Shown here: piece by piece, positions 12,999 through 22,554 of the stretch
Position numbering within the stretch: the first letter of the stretch is position 1
Layout: every line of letters begins with the position of its first letter
Origin: an uncultured Pelagibacteraceae bacterium
GTDB taxonomy: Bacteria > Pseudomonadota > Alphaproteobacteria > Pelagibacterales > Pelagibacteraceae
Direction: 5' to 3'
DNA: 64,000 nucleotides
Assembly (NCBI GenBank): GCA_902623785.1
Contig: CACNVG010000001.1
Location: 74,714-138,713, forward strand
The notes under the pieces: generated by a model
The model's input: the letters and a program-made list of their open reading frames with translations, nothing else
Told to the model about the DNA's origin: nothing
Database searches by the model: none
Position numbers and translations under genes: made by a program

Positions 12999-14234
12999 AT
13001 GAGTAATACTAAAATTGGAATAGTAGGCGCAGGTATTCAAGGTGTATGTAACGCTTTATTTCTTCAAAAAAAAAACTATGAAGTACATCTTTTTGATAGG
13101 GAGGAACCCGGTTCAGCAGCATCTTATGGAAATGCTGGTCATTTTTCACCTTACGCCTCTGTACCACTAAATAGACCAGACATATTAACAGATGTCCCCG
13201 CTATGCTAATGAGCTCAACAGGACCATTAGCCTTAAAGTGGAATTATGTTCCGAAAATGATCCCATGGTTCTTTAAATTAATTAAGAATTGCACATCAAA
13301 AAAAATGATGCATACAGCAAAATACATGCATCAAATTTTGGACTTAGCATTACCTGCTTATGACGAACTATTTGACGAAATTGATCTTGATGGTTTGGTA
13401 AAAAAAAATGGCATAATGTATGTTTGGACGAAAAAAAATATAGCTAGTAGAGAATTAGAAATAAAAATAAGGGATCAACTTGGTGTAGAACAACAACTAG
13501 TAACTCCAAAAGAAATAAGTGATTTAGAGCCTAATTTAAAAAAATTTTATCATGGTGGAGTTTTTTATCCTAATGCTAGACACACTATTAACCCTAGAAA
13601 AGTATTATTGAAATTATTTGATCTTTTTTTAAAAAAAGGTGGCAAATTCAAAAAAACAAACGTTGAAAATATAACATTTAATGGAGATACACCAGTTTTA
13701 AAGACTGCTAAAGATCAGTTAATTTTTGACAAAGTAATCATTGCATGTGGTGCATTTTCAAAAAGACTAACTGATAAATTAAATGAAAAAATTCCTTTAG
13801 ATACTGAAAGGGGATATCATGTTCACTTTAAAAACTGCGAACATCTAATTTCAAGACCTGTTGTTTTTGCAAACAGAGGTTTCGGTATGACTCCAATGGA
13901 TCAAGGTTTAAGGGTTGTTGGAACAGTGGAATTTGGTGGATTAAAAAATCCGCTTTCAAAATCAAGAATCAAAAACTTAATAGATAACGCAAAGTATATG
14001 CTTGATGGATTGCCCGAGCACGAAGATGAATGGCTGGGATTTAGGCCAACACTTCCAGATTTTTTACCGATAATTGGAAGTTCAAAAAATCATAAAAATG
14101 TTTATTACTCATTTGGTCATCATCATTTAGGATGGACTTTAGGGGCAATTTCGGGAAAAATAGTATCAAAAATGATTTCTGGAGAAAAAACCAATTTAGA
14201 TTTGGAACCTTACAGTTCGGTAAGGTTTAGTTAA
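12999..14234 (+). CDS. FAD-dependent D-amino acid dehydrogenase (DadA-like)
   Basis: GAGIQG FAD motif, ASYGNAG, ERGYH, WLGFRP, GHHHLGWT. Confidence 0.85.
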   Translation: MSNTKIGIVGAGIQGVCNALFLQKKNYEVHLFDREEPGSAASYGNAGHFSPYASVPLNRPDILTDVPAMLMSSTGPLALKWNYVPKMIPWFFKLIKNCTSKKMMHTAKYMHQILDLALPAYDELFDEIDLDGLVKKNGIMYVWTKKNIASRELEIKIRDQLGVEQQLVTPKEISDLEPNLKKFYHGGVFYPNARHTINPRKVLLKLFDLFLKKGGKFKKTNVENITFNGDTPVLKTAKDQLIFDKVIIACGAFSKRLTDKLNEKIPLDTERGYHVHFKNCEHLISRPVVFANRGFGMTPMDQGLRVVGTVEFGGLKNPLSKSRIKNLIDNAKYMLDGLPEHEDEWLGFRPTLPDFLPIIGSSKNHKNVYYSFGHHHLGWTLGAISGKIVSKMISGEKTNLDLEPYSSVRFS

Positions 14235-14236
14235 AC

Positions 14237-15133
14237 TTGATAAGAAAAATTAATTTTGCTTATATATTTCTATTTTTAGCAGTTTTATTTTGGTCTGGAA
14301 ATTTTTTAGTTGGAAAATATGCTAGCTATCACCAAATTCCACCCTTTTCTTTAAATTTTTACAGATGGCTATTTGCTTGGCTTATATTGATACCATTTAC
14401 ATATAATGAAATTATTCTTAACAAAAGTTATATAATGAATAATTATAAATTTTTTATTTTGTTAGGAATAACAAGTGTTACAATTTTTAATTCCATAGTT
14501 TATTATTCACTAAACTTTACCCAAGTTATTAGTGGTGTTCTCATGATTTCAACAATTCCAGTAATGATTATGTTTATCTCTTCAATATTAAAGATTGAGA
14601 AAGCTAACAAATTTCAATTTATTGGAGTAGCATTATCATTTTTGGGCGTCATTACAATTATTACAAAAGCTAATTTTGACGTTTTAAGAAATCTAAACTT
14701 TAATAGAGGTGATTTGACTATGGTTGTTGCAATGTTATCTTGGGCGACATACTCAGCTTTACTTAAAGTAAAAAAACATGATGTATCTCAGCTTTGTTTA
14801 TTGCAAATAATTATTTCTTTTGGTCTACTATTTTTAATTCCAGTTTATATTTTTGAGTTTATTTTAGGTTATCGTATTGAAATTAATTTACCTTTTGCGC
14901 TAACGCTCGCTTATGTTGTTTTATTTCCTGGTCTTTTATCATTCATCTGTTGGATAAAAGGAATTTCATTGATTGGTCCTAATAGATCAGGAATCTTTTT
15001 ACACTTAATGCCAATATTAAGTGCGATAATGGCAATGATTATTTTTGATGAGAAATTTATGTTTTTTCACGCATTAGGAGCTTTATTCATTTTAAGTGGG
15101 ATATTAATATCTAATAAGAGAATAAGTAATTAA
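14237..15133 (+). CDS. DMT/EamA family transporter
   Basis: About 10 TM segments; FWSGNF, GD-L and GPNR signatures. Confidence 0.88.
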   Translation: MIRKINFAYIFLFLAVLFWSGNFLVGKYASYHQIPPFSLNFYRWLFAWLILIPFTYNEIILNKSYIMNNYKFFILLGITSVTIFNSIVYYSLNFTQVISGVLMISTIPVMIMFISSILKIEKANKFQFIGVALSFLGVITIITKANFDVLRNLNFNRGDLTMVVAMLSWATYSALLKVKKHDVSQLCLLQIIISFGLLFLIPVYIFEFILGYRIEINLPFALTLAYVVLFPGLLSFICWIKGISLIGPNRSGIFLHLMPILSAIMAMIIFDEKFMFFHALGALFILSGILISNKRISN

Positions 15134-16027
15134 ATGATCTTACCAATTATAAATCACAATGATTATGTTGCAAAAATAAATGATGATAATAAATTTCCTA
15201 TTAAAAAATTTGGTGAGCTTGCAAAATATCTGATAAGCGAAGGCGTTACTAAAAAATTTATACAACCTGAATTTTGTTCTGTTGAAACATTAAGTAAAGC
15301 GCATTCAGTAGACTATATTAATAAGATTAAAAATAAGAATTTAGATACCCAATCTCAAAAAAAAATAGGCTTTCCTTTAAATGATAGCGTAGTTAATAGA
15401 TCATTTAGAGCTACAGGTGGAACAGTCTTGGCAAGTAAACTGGCTTTACTAAATCGTTTATCCTGTAACACAGCTGGCGGAAGTCATCACGCAACACGAG
15501 ATGAAGGAGCAGGTTATTGTGTTTTCAACGACGTAGCAGTTGCAGCTAAGCATGTGCTTTCAAAAAATACTATTAAAAAAGTGTTGATAATTGACTTAGA
15601 TGTTCATCAAGGAAATGGAAATTCTGAAATTTTTAAAAAAGATAGATCAGTTTTTACATTTAGCATGCATTGTAAATCAAATTACCCAGCAAAAAAATCA
15701 AACAGCGATTTAGATGTTGAATTAAAAGATAATACTGAAGATAAGGAGTATATTGATGTTTTGAAAAAGAATTTACTTATTTTAAATAAAGAAAACTTCG
15801 ATTTAATTTTTTATATTGCTGGAGTGGACATTCATTATAATGATAGATTAGGCAAATTAAAAATATCAGATGAAGGGATAAAAAGTAGAGAGGAATTAGT
15901 AATTTCTAATTTTTTTGATAAAAAAATTCCATTATGCGGGGTTTTAGGGGGCGGATATAACAAAGATTTTAAAAAATTGGTTGAGCTTCATGCAATTTTA
16001 CATAAATCTTGTGCATCAATATTATGA
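15134..16027 (+). CDS. Zn-dependent histone deacetylase family protein (class IV-like)
   Basis: GGSHHA, GYCVFND, DLDVHQGNG, DRLG, GGGY. Confidence 0.92.
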   Translation: MILPIINHNDYVAKINDDNKFPIKKFGELAKYLISEGVTKKFIQPEFCSVETLSKAHSVDYINKIKNKNLDTQSQKKIGFPLNDSVVNRSFRATGGTVLASKLALLNRLSCNTAGGSHHATRDEGAGYCVFNDVAVAAKHVLSKNTIKKVLIIDLDVHQGNGNSEIFKKDRSVFTFSMHCKSNYPAKKSNSDLDVELKDNTEDKEYIDVLKKNLLILNKENFDLIFYIAGVDIHYNDRLGKLKISDEGIKSREELVISNFFDKKIPLCGVLGGGYNKDFKKLVELHAILHKSCASIL

Positions 16028-16395
16028 AAAAAATTAATTCAAAACTTTCTTCAGAACAAAAATTAATTTTATTTGAAGAGGGTACTGAAAGACCGGGTTC
16101 AAGTATATTAAATGAAGAAAAAAGAGAAGGATCTTATCACTGTGTAAATTGTGATGTAAAATTATTCGACTCAAGCTCCAAATATGAAAGTGGTTCTGGT
16201 TGGCCTTCGTTTTACGAGTCTTTACCAAATGTGTTTGAAGTAAAAACTGATCATCATATTGGTTACGCAAGAATAGAATATCATTGTAAAAATTGCGGTG
16301 GTCATCATGGACATATATTTAATGATGGACCTAAACCAACTGGAAAAAGATTTTGTAACAATGGTGCCTGTCTAAACTTTAAGCCAAAAAAATGA
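16024..16395 (+). CDS. msrB: Peptide-methionine (R)-S-oxide reductase
   Basis: GTERP, two CxxC, GWPSF, GHIFNDGP, RFCNN; ATG at 16024 preferred over 16009. Confidence 0.95.
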   Translation: MKKINSKLSSEQKLILFEEGTERPGSSILNEEKREGSYHCVNCDVKLFDSSSKYESGSGWPSFYESLPNVFEVKTDHHIGYARIEYHCKNCGGHHGHIFNDGPKPTGKRFCNNGACLNFKPKK

Positions 16396-16733
16396 TTATT
16401 CAATATACCCTTTTTTTATTTGGTTTAATTTGGTCATTCTCAATTATTAAAACTCAATCAATTTTTAACAAAAAAGTCGGATTAATATTTAAAATATTTA
16501 TTTCAAAAATTTCTTGGTTTTCTTTTTTAGCTGCTTGTTACTTTGGATTTAAAAATTTTTCAATCAAACTGACTTTTATTGGGATTTTTGTTAGTGTATT
16601 GTTGGTTCAGTTAAGTTTTTCATTTATAAAAGACAAGCTTAAAGAAAAATTTGATGTACAAAAATTACATCAATTTAAAACTTTTTTTGAAATTACTTTA
16701 ATACTTTTGATTTTTTACTTTATACTATTTTAG
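16392..16733 (+). CDS. Hypothetical membrane protein
   Basis: 3-4 hydrophobic segments; ATGA overlap with msrB. Confidence 0.65.
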   Translation: MIIQYTLFLFGLIWSFSIIKTQSIFNKKVGLIFKIFISKISWFSFLAACYFGFKNFSIKLTFIGIFVSVLLVQLSFSFIKDKLKEKFDVQKLHQFKTFFEITLILLIFYFILF

Positions 16734-16979
16734 AAGGTCTTTTAGTTTGTTTTCTTTTTCTAAGGCTCTTAATTCAGTGTAACCTCCTACGTGGTGGTCA
16801 CCAAAAAAAATTTGGGGGATAGTTCTTTGGCCATTAGTTTTTTTAATCATCTCGTCTCTTATACCTTCACCAGATGAAACATCTATTTCGCTAAACTTTA
16901 ATTTATTTCTTTCAAGCAACCGTTTCGCTGCATCACAAAAATTACAAGAAGGTCCTGTATAAATGAGAATATTTTTCAT
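16725..16979 (-). CDS. grxC: Glutaredoxin 3
   Basis: CNFC, TIPQIF, GGYTEL. Confidence 0.92.
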   Translation of the reverse strand: MKNILIYTGPSCNFCDAAKRLLERNKLKFSEIDVSSGEGIRDEMIKKTNGQRTIPQIFFGDHHVGGYTELRALEKENKLKDLLK

Positions 16980-16982
16980 TTC

Positions 16983-17276
16983 TTATATATAGTCATTTTT
17001 TTTAATTTTTCTTCTTATTTCTTTTCTAGATAATTCAAATTTTTTTCTATGTTTGATACTTTGGTTTTTAGCTCTTTTTCTCCAAAGTCTAAAAGAAGAG
17101 GGTTTCAATTTTTTTCTCATTATTTTAATTACGTCACTTTCAGAATATCCAGATCTTTTTTTTATCTCCTCAAAAGTGATGCGGTCCGCCCAGGCAGCCC
17201 ACACAACCCAATCTGGACTCATAGAATTCGGCTCTGGATTTTTGACCTTTGTGATAGGTCTGTGACCTTTTTTCAT
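16983..17276 (-). CDS. TIGR03643/DUF2805 family protein
   Basis: AWADRITFEEI...ESDVIKIMRKKLKPSSFRLWRKR signature. Confidence 0.85.
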   Translation of the reverse strand: MKKGHRPITKVKNPEPNSMSPDWVVWAAWADRITFEEIKKRSGYSESDVIKIMRKKLKPSSFRLWRKRAKNQSIKHRKKFELSRKEIRRKIKKNDYI

Positions 17277-17336
17277 AATTTATTAATAAATATTAAAAAT
17301 TTGCTTAATGCAATTTTTATGGAGTATGATATATTA

Positions 17337-17402
17337 GATATAGATAGTCCTATCTAGCCATCTTTAGCTCCCGGTTTTTTAGGACTATCCGTCAAAAAAG
17401 CC
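17337..17402 (+). ncRNA. Candidate structured RNA (hairpin) between TIGR03643 and proC
   Basis: GC-enriched patch; GATAGTCCTA (17343-52) pairs with TAGGACTATC (17380-89); upstream TTGCTT-18-TATGAT. Strand inferred from that promoter. Confidence 0.55.
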
Positions 17403-17467
17403 AATACTTGTTATTTTTAGCACCACATCAATATTTTAATTTTTATGGTAATAATATTCTTTAAATT

Positions 17468-18232
17468 ATGAAATTAGGATTTATTGGTACTGGTGAAATT
17501 ACAAAAGCTGTAGTTATTGGGATCTTGGGGTCAAAATTGAAGGTCAAAAAAATTTATTTATCAGAACGTAATAAAAAAACTTCATCTTTTTTAAGAAAAA
17601 AAAACAAAAAAATTCAAATAGAAAAGAATAATCAGATTTTAATAAATAAATCAGATTGGATTTTTTTAGCTGTCACACCAAAGATTGGTAATCAAATCAT
17701 AGGAAAACTGAAATTTAAAAAAAAACAAGTTATTGTAAGCTTTATTTCAACAATACAACTTCCAGAATTAAAAAAATTGACTAAAAATAATAATAATATT
17801 GTCCGCGCAATTCCTTTGCCTCCAATATCTTTAAGAAAAGGACCAGTTCCAATTTTTCCACCAAATAAAAAAGTAAAAAAATTTTTTTCTCATTTAGGTA
17901 CAGTTATTGAAATAAGTAATGAAAAAAAGTCTCTTAATTTTTGGTCGACATCTGGAATGATGGCCCCATTTTTTGAACTTTTAAATACATTATCTAAATG
18001 GCTTGTCTCAAAAGGTGTTAAAAAAAACAACGCGCAAAATTATATTACCTCACTTTTCATAGCTCTATCTGAAAGTGCATATAATCACTCAAACAAAGAT
18101 TTATCAATTCTTGTCAAAAATTCTCAAACACCCAAAGGTTTAAATCAACAAGCTTTAAGAACACTTCAAAAAAATAATTTTTATAAGACTACAACAAATG
18201 TTTTGAATAAAATATATAAAAGATTAAGCTAA
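17468..18232 (+). CDS. proC: Pyrroline-5-carboxylate reductase
   Basis: GFIGTG Rossmann motif, LAVTP, VRAIP, TPKGLN. Confidence 0.82.
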   Translation: MKLGFIGTGEITKAVVIGILGSKLKVKKIYLSERNKKTSSFLRKKNKKIQIEKNNQILINKSDWIFLAVTPKIGNQIIGKLKFKKKQVIVSFISTIQLPELKKLTKNNNNIVRAIPLPPISLRKGPVPIFPPNKKVKKFFSHLGTVIEISNEKKSLNFWSTSGMMAPFFELLNTLSKWLVSKGVKKNNAQNYITSLFIALSESAYNHSNKDLSILVKNSQTPKGLNQQALRTLQKNNFYKTTTNVLNKIYKRLS

Positions 18233-18958
18233 ATGAATCAAAATATATCAAAAGAAGAATACGATTTAAAATTTCCTAAAAACTCTCATTTAAGAATAAT
18301 GGGCGATAGTTTGTTAAATATCAAAAATCCAATAGTTTTAGAATTTGGCGTAGAGAGAGGAACATCAACTAAATCCTTTATTTGGCTTATGGAAAAGCTA
18401 GATGGAAAAATATATTCAGTCGATATTAATGACTGCAGTAAAATATCAAATTCTAAAAACTGGTTTTTTTTAAAAAGTGACGATTTAAAAATAAACTATG
18501 TTTTAGATCAATTCAAAGAAGTAAAAAATATTGGAGTAGATTTAATTTATATAGATAGTTATCATGAAAATTTTCATGTTAGCAAATTGTTAAACCTTTA
18601 TTTTAAATATTTAAAAAAGAATAGACCCATTTTTATTGATGACATAGATAACAAAAAATATCGTGACCATTATTCGAAAAAAAAAAGGTTTGGAATTTTT
18701 GATCCTTCTTACTGGAGAATTTCATTTCAATGTATAGTTTTTGACTTGATAGATGAAGCAACGAAAGAATTTTATTACAATAATTTTGACAAAACTTATT
18801 ATATTAAATATTTTGGTGAAAATGGACTTGGACGATTGGATAAAATTTCTGAATTTTTAGATGAACCAAATACTCCAAAAAAATTGTGGAATTATAATTT
18901 AATATTAAGATTGATTTATCCATATCTTAGAAGACTGGGAAATTTTTTAAGATTTTAA
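18233..18958 (+). CDS. Class I SAM-dependent methyltransferase (Methyltransf_24-like)
   Basis: VLEFGVERGTS, YSVD, DLIYIDSYH, IFIDD. Confidence 0.78.
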   Translation: MNQNISKEEYDLKFPKNSHLRIMGDSLLNIKNPIVLEFGVERGTSTKSFIWLMEKLDGKIYSVDINDCSKISNSKNWFFLKSDDLKINYVLDQFKEVKNIGVDLIYIDSYHENFHVSKLLNLYFKYLKKNRPIFIDDIDNKKYRDHYSKKKRFGIFDPSYWRISFQCIVFDLIDEATKEFYYNNFDKTYYIKYFGENGLGRLDKISEFLDEPNTPKKLWNYNLILRLIYPYLRRLGNFLRF

Positions 18959-18968
18959 AAAAATTGAT

Positions 18969-19592
18969 ATGAAAGAAATATTCAAAAACGTTAAAGAAAA
19001 ATTAGTTTCAAAATATACAAACAACAATAGTTCAGAAAATACAAAAAAAATTAAAAATCGAATAAAGGCTAGGTTCAGAAAAAATAAACAAATTATTTCT
19101 AAAAATATTGATAATTTCTTTGATTGGATTAAGGGTGCTGAAATTGTCGAGTTAAGTGAATGTAATACAAATGAAGATCCAGTTAGACCAGAGCTAGATA
19201 ATAAATTTAGAACTAGTTATGGAAGAAAAATCTATGGCGTAAAATTTAAAGGAGAGATCCATGCTGTTATGTGTTTTGCTTTTACAAATGAAATTCCAAA
19301 GACTGTTGAGGAATTAGATTTAATGAGTAAAGATGCTTTTATTCAAAGTATTAGGAGAGATTATCAAGTAGGTAAAATTGCTATAGCATACACAGTCTGG
19401 TCTAAAAAAAAAGGAGGAGGAAAATTAATTGTTAAAGAGGTTTATAAATTAATAAAAAAATCTAACCATTTAAACAGACTGATAACATTATCGCCTTTAA
19501 CTGAGATGGCACGCAGATTTCATTTAAGCAATGGTGCAATCCAAATTCAAGTTAATGAAACGACGCAAAATTTTGAATATGAAAAAGTTTGA
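18969..19592 (+). CDS. Hypothetical protein resembling a minimal malonyl-CoA decarboxylase/GNAT catalytic domain
   Basis: AIAYTV, GKLIVKEV, ITLSP, RFHLSNGA motifs (see findings). Confidence 0.7.
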   Translation: MKEIFKNVKEKLVSKYTNNNSSENTKKIKNRIKARFRKNKQIISKNIDNFFDWIKGAEIVELSECNTNEDPVRPELDNKFRTSYGRKIYGVKFKGEIHAVMCFAFTNEIPKTVEELDLMSKDAFIQSIRRDYQVGKIAIAYTVWSKKKGGGKLIVKEVYKLIKKSNHLNRLITLSPLTEMARRFHLSNGAIQIQVNETTQNFEYEKV

Positions 19593-19651
19593 AGTCTGTT
19601 TTCAAATGAAATACGTTTAAACATTAATTCTGAATAATAAGCAAATAACTT

Positions 19652-20830
19652 ATGAACATGAATTTATACATACTTTTTTTTAGTCAAATTTTTAGTTTTA
19701 CAGCTGCACCAGTTACAGTTTTTCTAAGCGGTATTATTGGATCACAAATAAGCCCTCTGAAATCTTTATCAACATTACCAATGTCAATATCTGTTGTTGG
19801 TATCGCTATCGGAGCAATAGTTGCCACTAAAACAATGAGTTTATTAGGTAGAAAAGCTGGCTTTATTTTTGCAGCTATTTCCAATTCTTTAGTTTCTTTA
19901 TTAGCCGCATATTCAGTTATGACTCAGAATTTTGTTTTGTTTTGTATTGCAAATTTTTTTATTGGTATTGGAATGGCATTTACTCATCAATATCGTTTTG
20001 CTGCCGCCGAAAGTGTCGATAAAGAAAAAATACCAAAAGCGATTTCAATAATTCTTTTAGGAGGAATTGTCTCTGCATTTATCGGACCAGGTACTGCTAA
20101 TTTTACAAAAAACTTTATATCAGAACAATTGTATGTTGGCTCATATGTATCCCTTGCTGTGTATATGTTTCTTCCAGCTATTCTCTTTTTATTTTACGAA
20201 AACAATACAATCGAAAAAAAAGATATAAGTTTCATTGGTAGAGGCTATTTTGAAATTATTTCTCAACCCAGATTTTTACAGGCAATGGTAGCAAGTGCAT
20301 TTGGCTATGCAATAATGACTTTTTTAATGACCGCTACTCCAATTAGTATGCATGTGATGGAGAATATGTCATTAGATAAAACCAGTTTTGTTATTCAGAT
20401 GCATGTTGCATCAATGTTTTTACCATCGTTAATTACCGGAAATTTGATAAAGAAATTTGGCCACAGCAATATAATGTACATTGGCATATTACTTTATAGT
20501 GTAACAATACTACTAAGTTTATTAGATCAAACTTTTTTTAATTATCTAATTGCCCTTATTTTTCTAGGGTTTGGCTGGAATTTTTTATTCATATCAGGGA
20601 CAAGTCTTTTGGTAACTACTTACAAAGAACACGAAAAATTTAAAGCTCAAGGTTTAAACGATTTTGTAGTTTATTCAGTACACGCAATAGGAAGTTTATC
20701 AGCTGGTATATTATTAGTCTTAACTAATTGGAAGTTAATGAACATTATCTGTATCCCTTTAATGGCAATTATTTTGATTACAATATTTAGAGCTGAAATT
20801 ATTGAAAAAAAAACTAGAAATACTTTTTAA
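19652..20830 (+). CDS. MFS transporter (RfnT-like)
   Basis: About 12 TM; YRFAAAE, MFLPS, GFGWNF, QGLND motifs. Confidence 0.85.
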   Translation: MNMNLYILFFSQIFSFTAAPVTVFLSGIIGSQISPLKSLSTLPMSISVVGIAIGAIVATKTMSLLGRKAGFIFAAISNSLVSLLAAYSVMTQNFVLFCIANFFIGIGMAFTHQYRFAAAESVDKEKIPKAISIILLGGIVSAFIGPGTANFTKNFISEQLYVGSYVSLAVYMFLPAILFLFYENNTIEKKDISFIGRGYFEIISQPRFLQAMVASAFGYAIMTFLMTATPISMHVMENMSLDKTSFVIQMHVASMFLPSLITGNLIKKFGHSNIMYIGILLYSVTILLSLLDQTFFNYLIALIFLGFGWNFLFISGTSLLVTTYKEHEKFKAQGLNDFVVYSVHAIGSLSAGILLVLTNWKLMNIICIPLMAIILITIFRAEIIEKKTRNTF

Positions 20831-21425
20831 AATCTTCGGCTACCTTAAGTATTTCTAAATCAACAAGACCACCAATTATTAATTGAATAGCTACAACTAA
20901 AATAAACGCCAAACCTATATAAGCGATCCATAAATGTTTTTGAATGTAGTTTGCAAGGTAAGTTGCAAGAGCACCTGTCAAAACGACTGATAAAACCAAA
21001 CCAAATACCATAAATCCAAAATTTCCTTTTGCAGCACCAACTACCCCAATAACATTATCGAAACTGATTGTTATATCCGCAAAAAGAACTTTATAGACAC
21101 TTTGTATGTATGAGGGCTGTTTTGATACCTTAGTTGGAGATTTAATTTTTTTGATCTCAAACAAATCTTTTCTTAAATCATTAACGATCCAAACTAAAAG
21201 TAAACCACCTAAAATTTTGATAAAATAAAATTTAAATAAGTAGGTTGCGAATACAGCAAAAATAACTTTAAAAACCAATGCACCTGCAACACCCCACAAT
21301 ATGATTTGTTTTCTGTGTTTGGGAACAAAGTTGGCTGCTATTAGTCCAATTATAATTGCATTGTCCGCTGCAAGGATAATATCTATAAAGATAATTTGTA
21401 AGAGTATAATAGATTGTTCAATCAA
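20814..21425 (-). CDS. TerC/YjbE family membrane protein
   Basis: DIILAADNA and ADITISFDNV repeats; TTG start preceded by GAGG. Confidence 0.88.
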   Translation of the reverse strand: MIEQSIILLQIIFIDIILAADNAIIIGLIAANFVPKHRKQIILWGVAGALVFKVIFAVFATYLFKFYFIKILGGLLLVWIVNDLRKDLFEIKKIKSPTKVSKQPSYIQSVYKVLFADITISFDNVIGVVGAAKGNFGFMVFGLVLSVVLTGALATYLANYIQKHLWIAYIGLAFILVVAIQLIIGGLVDLEILKVAEDFKKYF

Positions 21426-21540
21426 GATTCCTCAATAATATAAAATTTTTTGTATAATTCAATTAAAAGTAGTGAAAATTTTTATTGATTTAAAGATTTA
21501 GACATAATCAAATAGGTGTTTAATAAATTAAGGAGGAGAA

Positions 21541-22509
21541 ATGAAAATATTTAAATATATTTTATCAATTTTTGTTGCCCTACTTGTATTTACACATTCA
21601 AATGCTGCTGAAAAATGGGATATGGCTCTGGCTTATGGTGCTGGAAACTTCCATTCAGCAAACGCAACTGAATTTGCAAATAACGTAACAAAAAAAAGTA
21701 AAGGTAAACTCACTATAGTTACTCATCCAGGTGGTTCTCTATTTAAAGGGGGAGAAATTTTTAGAGCTGTTAGAACTGGTCAGGCTCCAATTGGAGAGAG
21801 ATTTATGTCAGCTTTAGGTAAAGAAGATCCATTACTAGAAATCGACTCACTTCCATTTTTAGCGACTTCGTATGGTGATGCTATGAAACTTTATAAGGCT
21901 TCAAAAGCTGAAATTGCAAAAAGTTTAGATAAAAAAGGACTTGTATTTTTATATGCAGTTCCATGGCCAGCTCAAGGTTTGTACTCTAAAAAAGAAATTA
22001 ATAGTGTAGCAGATCTTAAAGGTTTAAAATTTAGAGCTTATAACAGTGCAACTGTAAGAATCGCAGAGTTAACCGGAATGGCTCCAACTAAAATTGAGGC
22101 TGCTGAGATATCTCAAGCATTTTCAACAGGAGCTGTTGAAAGTATGATTACCTCTCCAACAACTGGTAAGAATAAAAAGATTTGGGAAAATGGTGTAAAA
22201 TATTTTTATGACATTGCAGCATGGTTTCCAAAAAATATGATTATAGCAAACAAAGAGGCGTGGAATAAGTTAGATAAAGCGACTCAAGACTTAATCATGA
22301 AAGAAGCAGCAGTTGCTGAGAGAAAAGGTTGGCAACTTTCTAAAATGGGAAATAAAAATGACAAAAAGGCTTTAGCTGATGCTGGCATGACTGTAGGTAA
22401 AGTTAACGCTACTTTAAAATCTCATTTTGAAAAAGTAGGCCAAACAATGTCTAAAGAATGGGCTAGTAAAGCTGGTTCAAGAGGACAAACTGTTTTATCA
22501 AAATATTAA
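21541..22509 (+). CDS. dctP: TRAP transporter substrate-binding protein
   Basis: Signal peptide, HPGGSL, DLKGLKFR; strong AAGGAGG RBS. Confidence 0.92.
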   Translation: MKIFKYILSIFVALLVFTHSNAAEKWDMALAYGAGNFHSANATEFANNVTKKSKGKLTIVTHPGGSLFKGGEIFRAVRTGQAPIGERFMSALGKEDPLLEIDSLPFLATSYGDAMKLYKASKAEIAKSLDKKGLVFLYAVPWPAQGLYSKKEINSVADLKGLKFRAYNSATVRIAELTGMAPTKIEAAEISQAFSTGAVESMITSPTTGKNKKIWENGVKYFYDIAAWFPKNMIIANKEAWNKLDKATQDLIMKEAAVAERKGWQLSKMGNKNDKKALADAGMTVGKVNATLKSHFEKVGQTMSKEWASKAGSRGQTVLSKY

Positions 22510-22519
22510 TAATTTGAAT

Positions 22520-22549
22520 AAAAGGCCATCTATATAAGATGGCCTTTTT
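22520..22549 (+). terminator. Stem-loop after dctP (terminator or mRNA stabiliser)
   Basis: AAAAGGCCATCT-ATATA-AGATGGCCTTTT, ending in a U tract. Confidence 0.8.
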
Positions 22550-22554
22550 AAATT

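Noticed and set aside
17049-17357. 102-aa plus-strand ORF over TIGR03643 and the spacer
   Set aside because: Antisense to a recognisable gene and no motif; the spacer is better explained by a promoter plus RNA hairpin.
19590-19640. Possible TGA read-through or selenocysteine after the MCD-like ORF
   Set aside because: Read-through adds only about 14 codons with no motif or SECIS-like hairpin.
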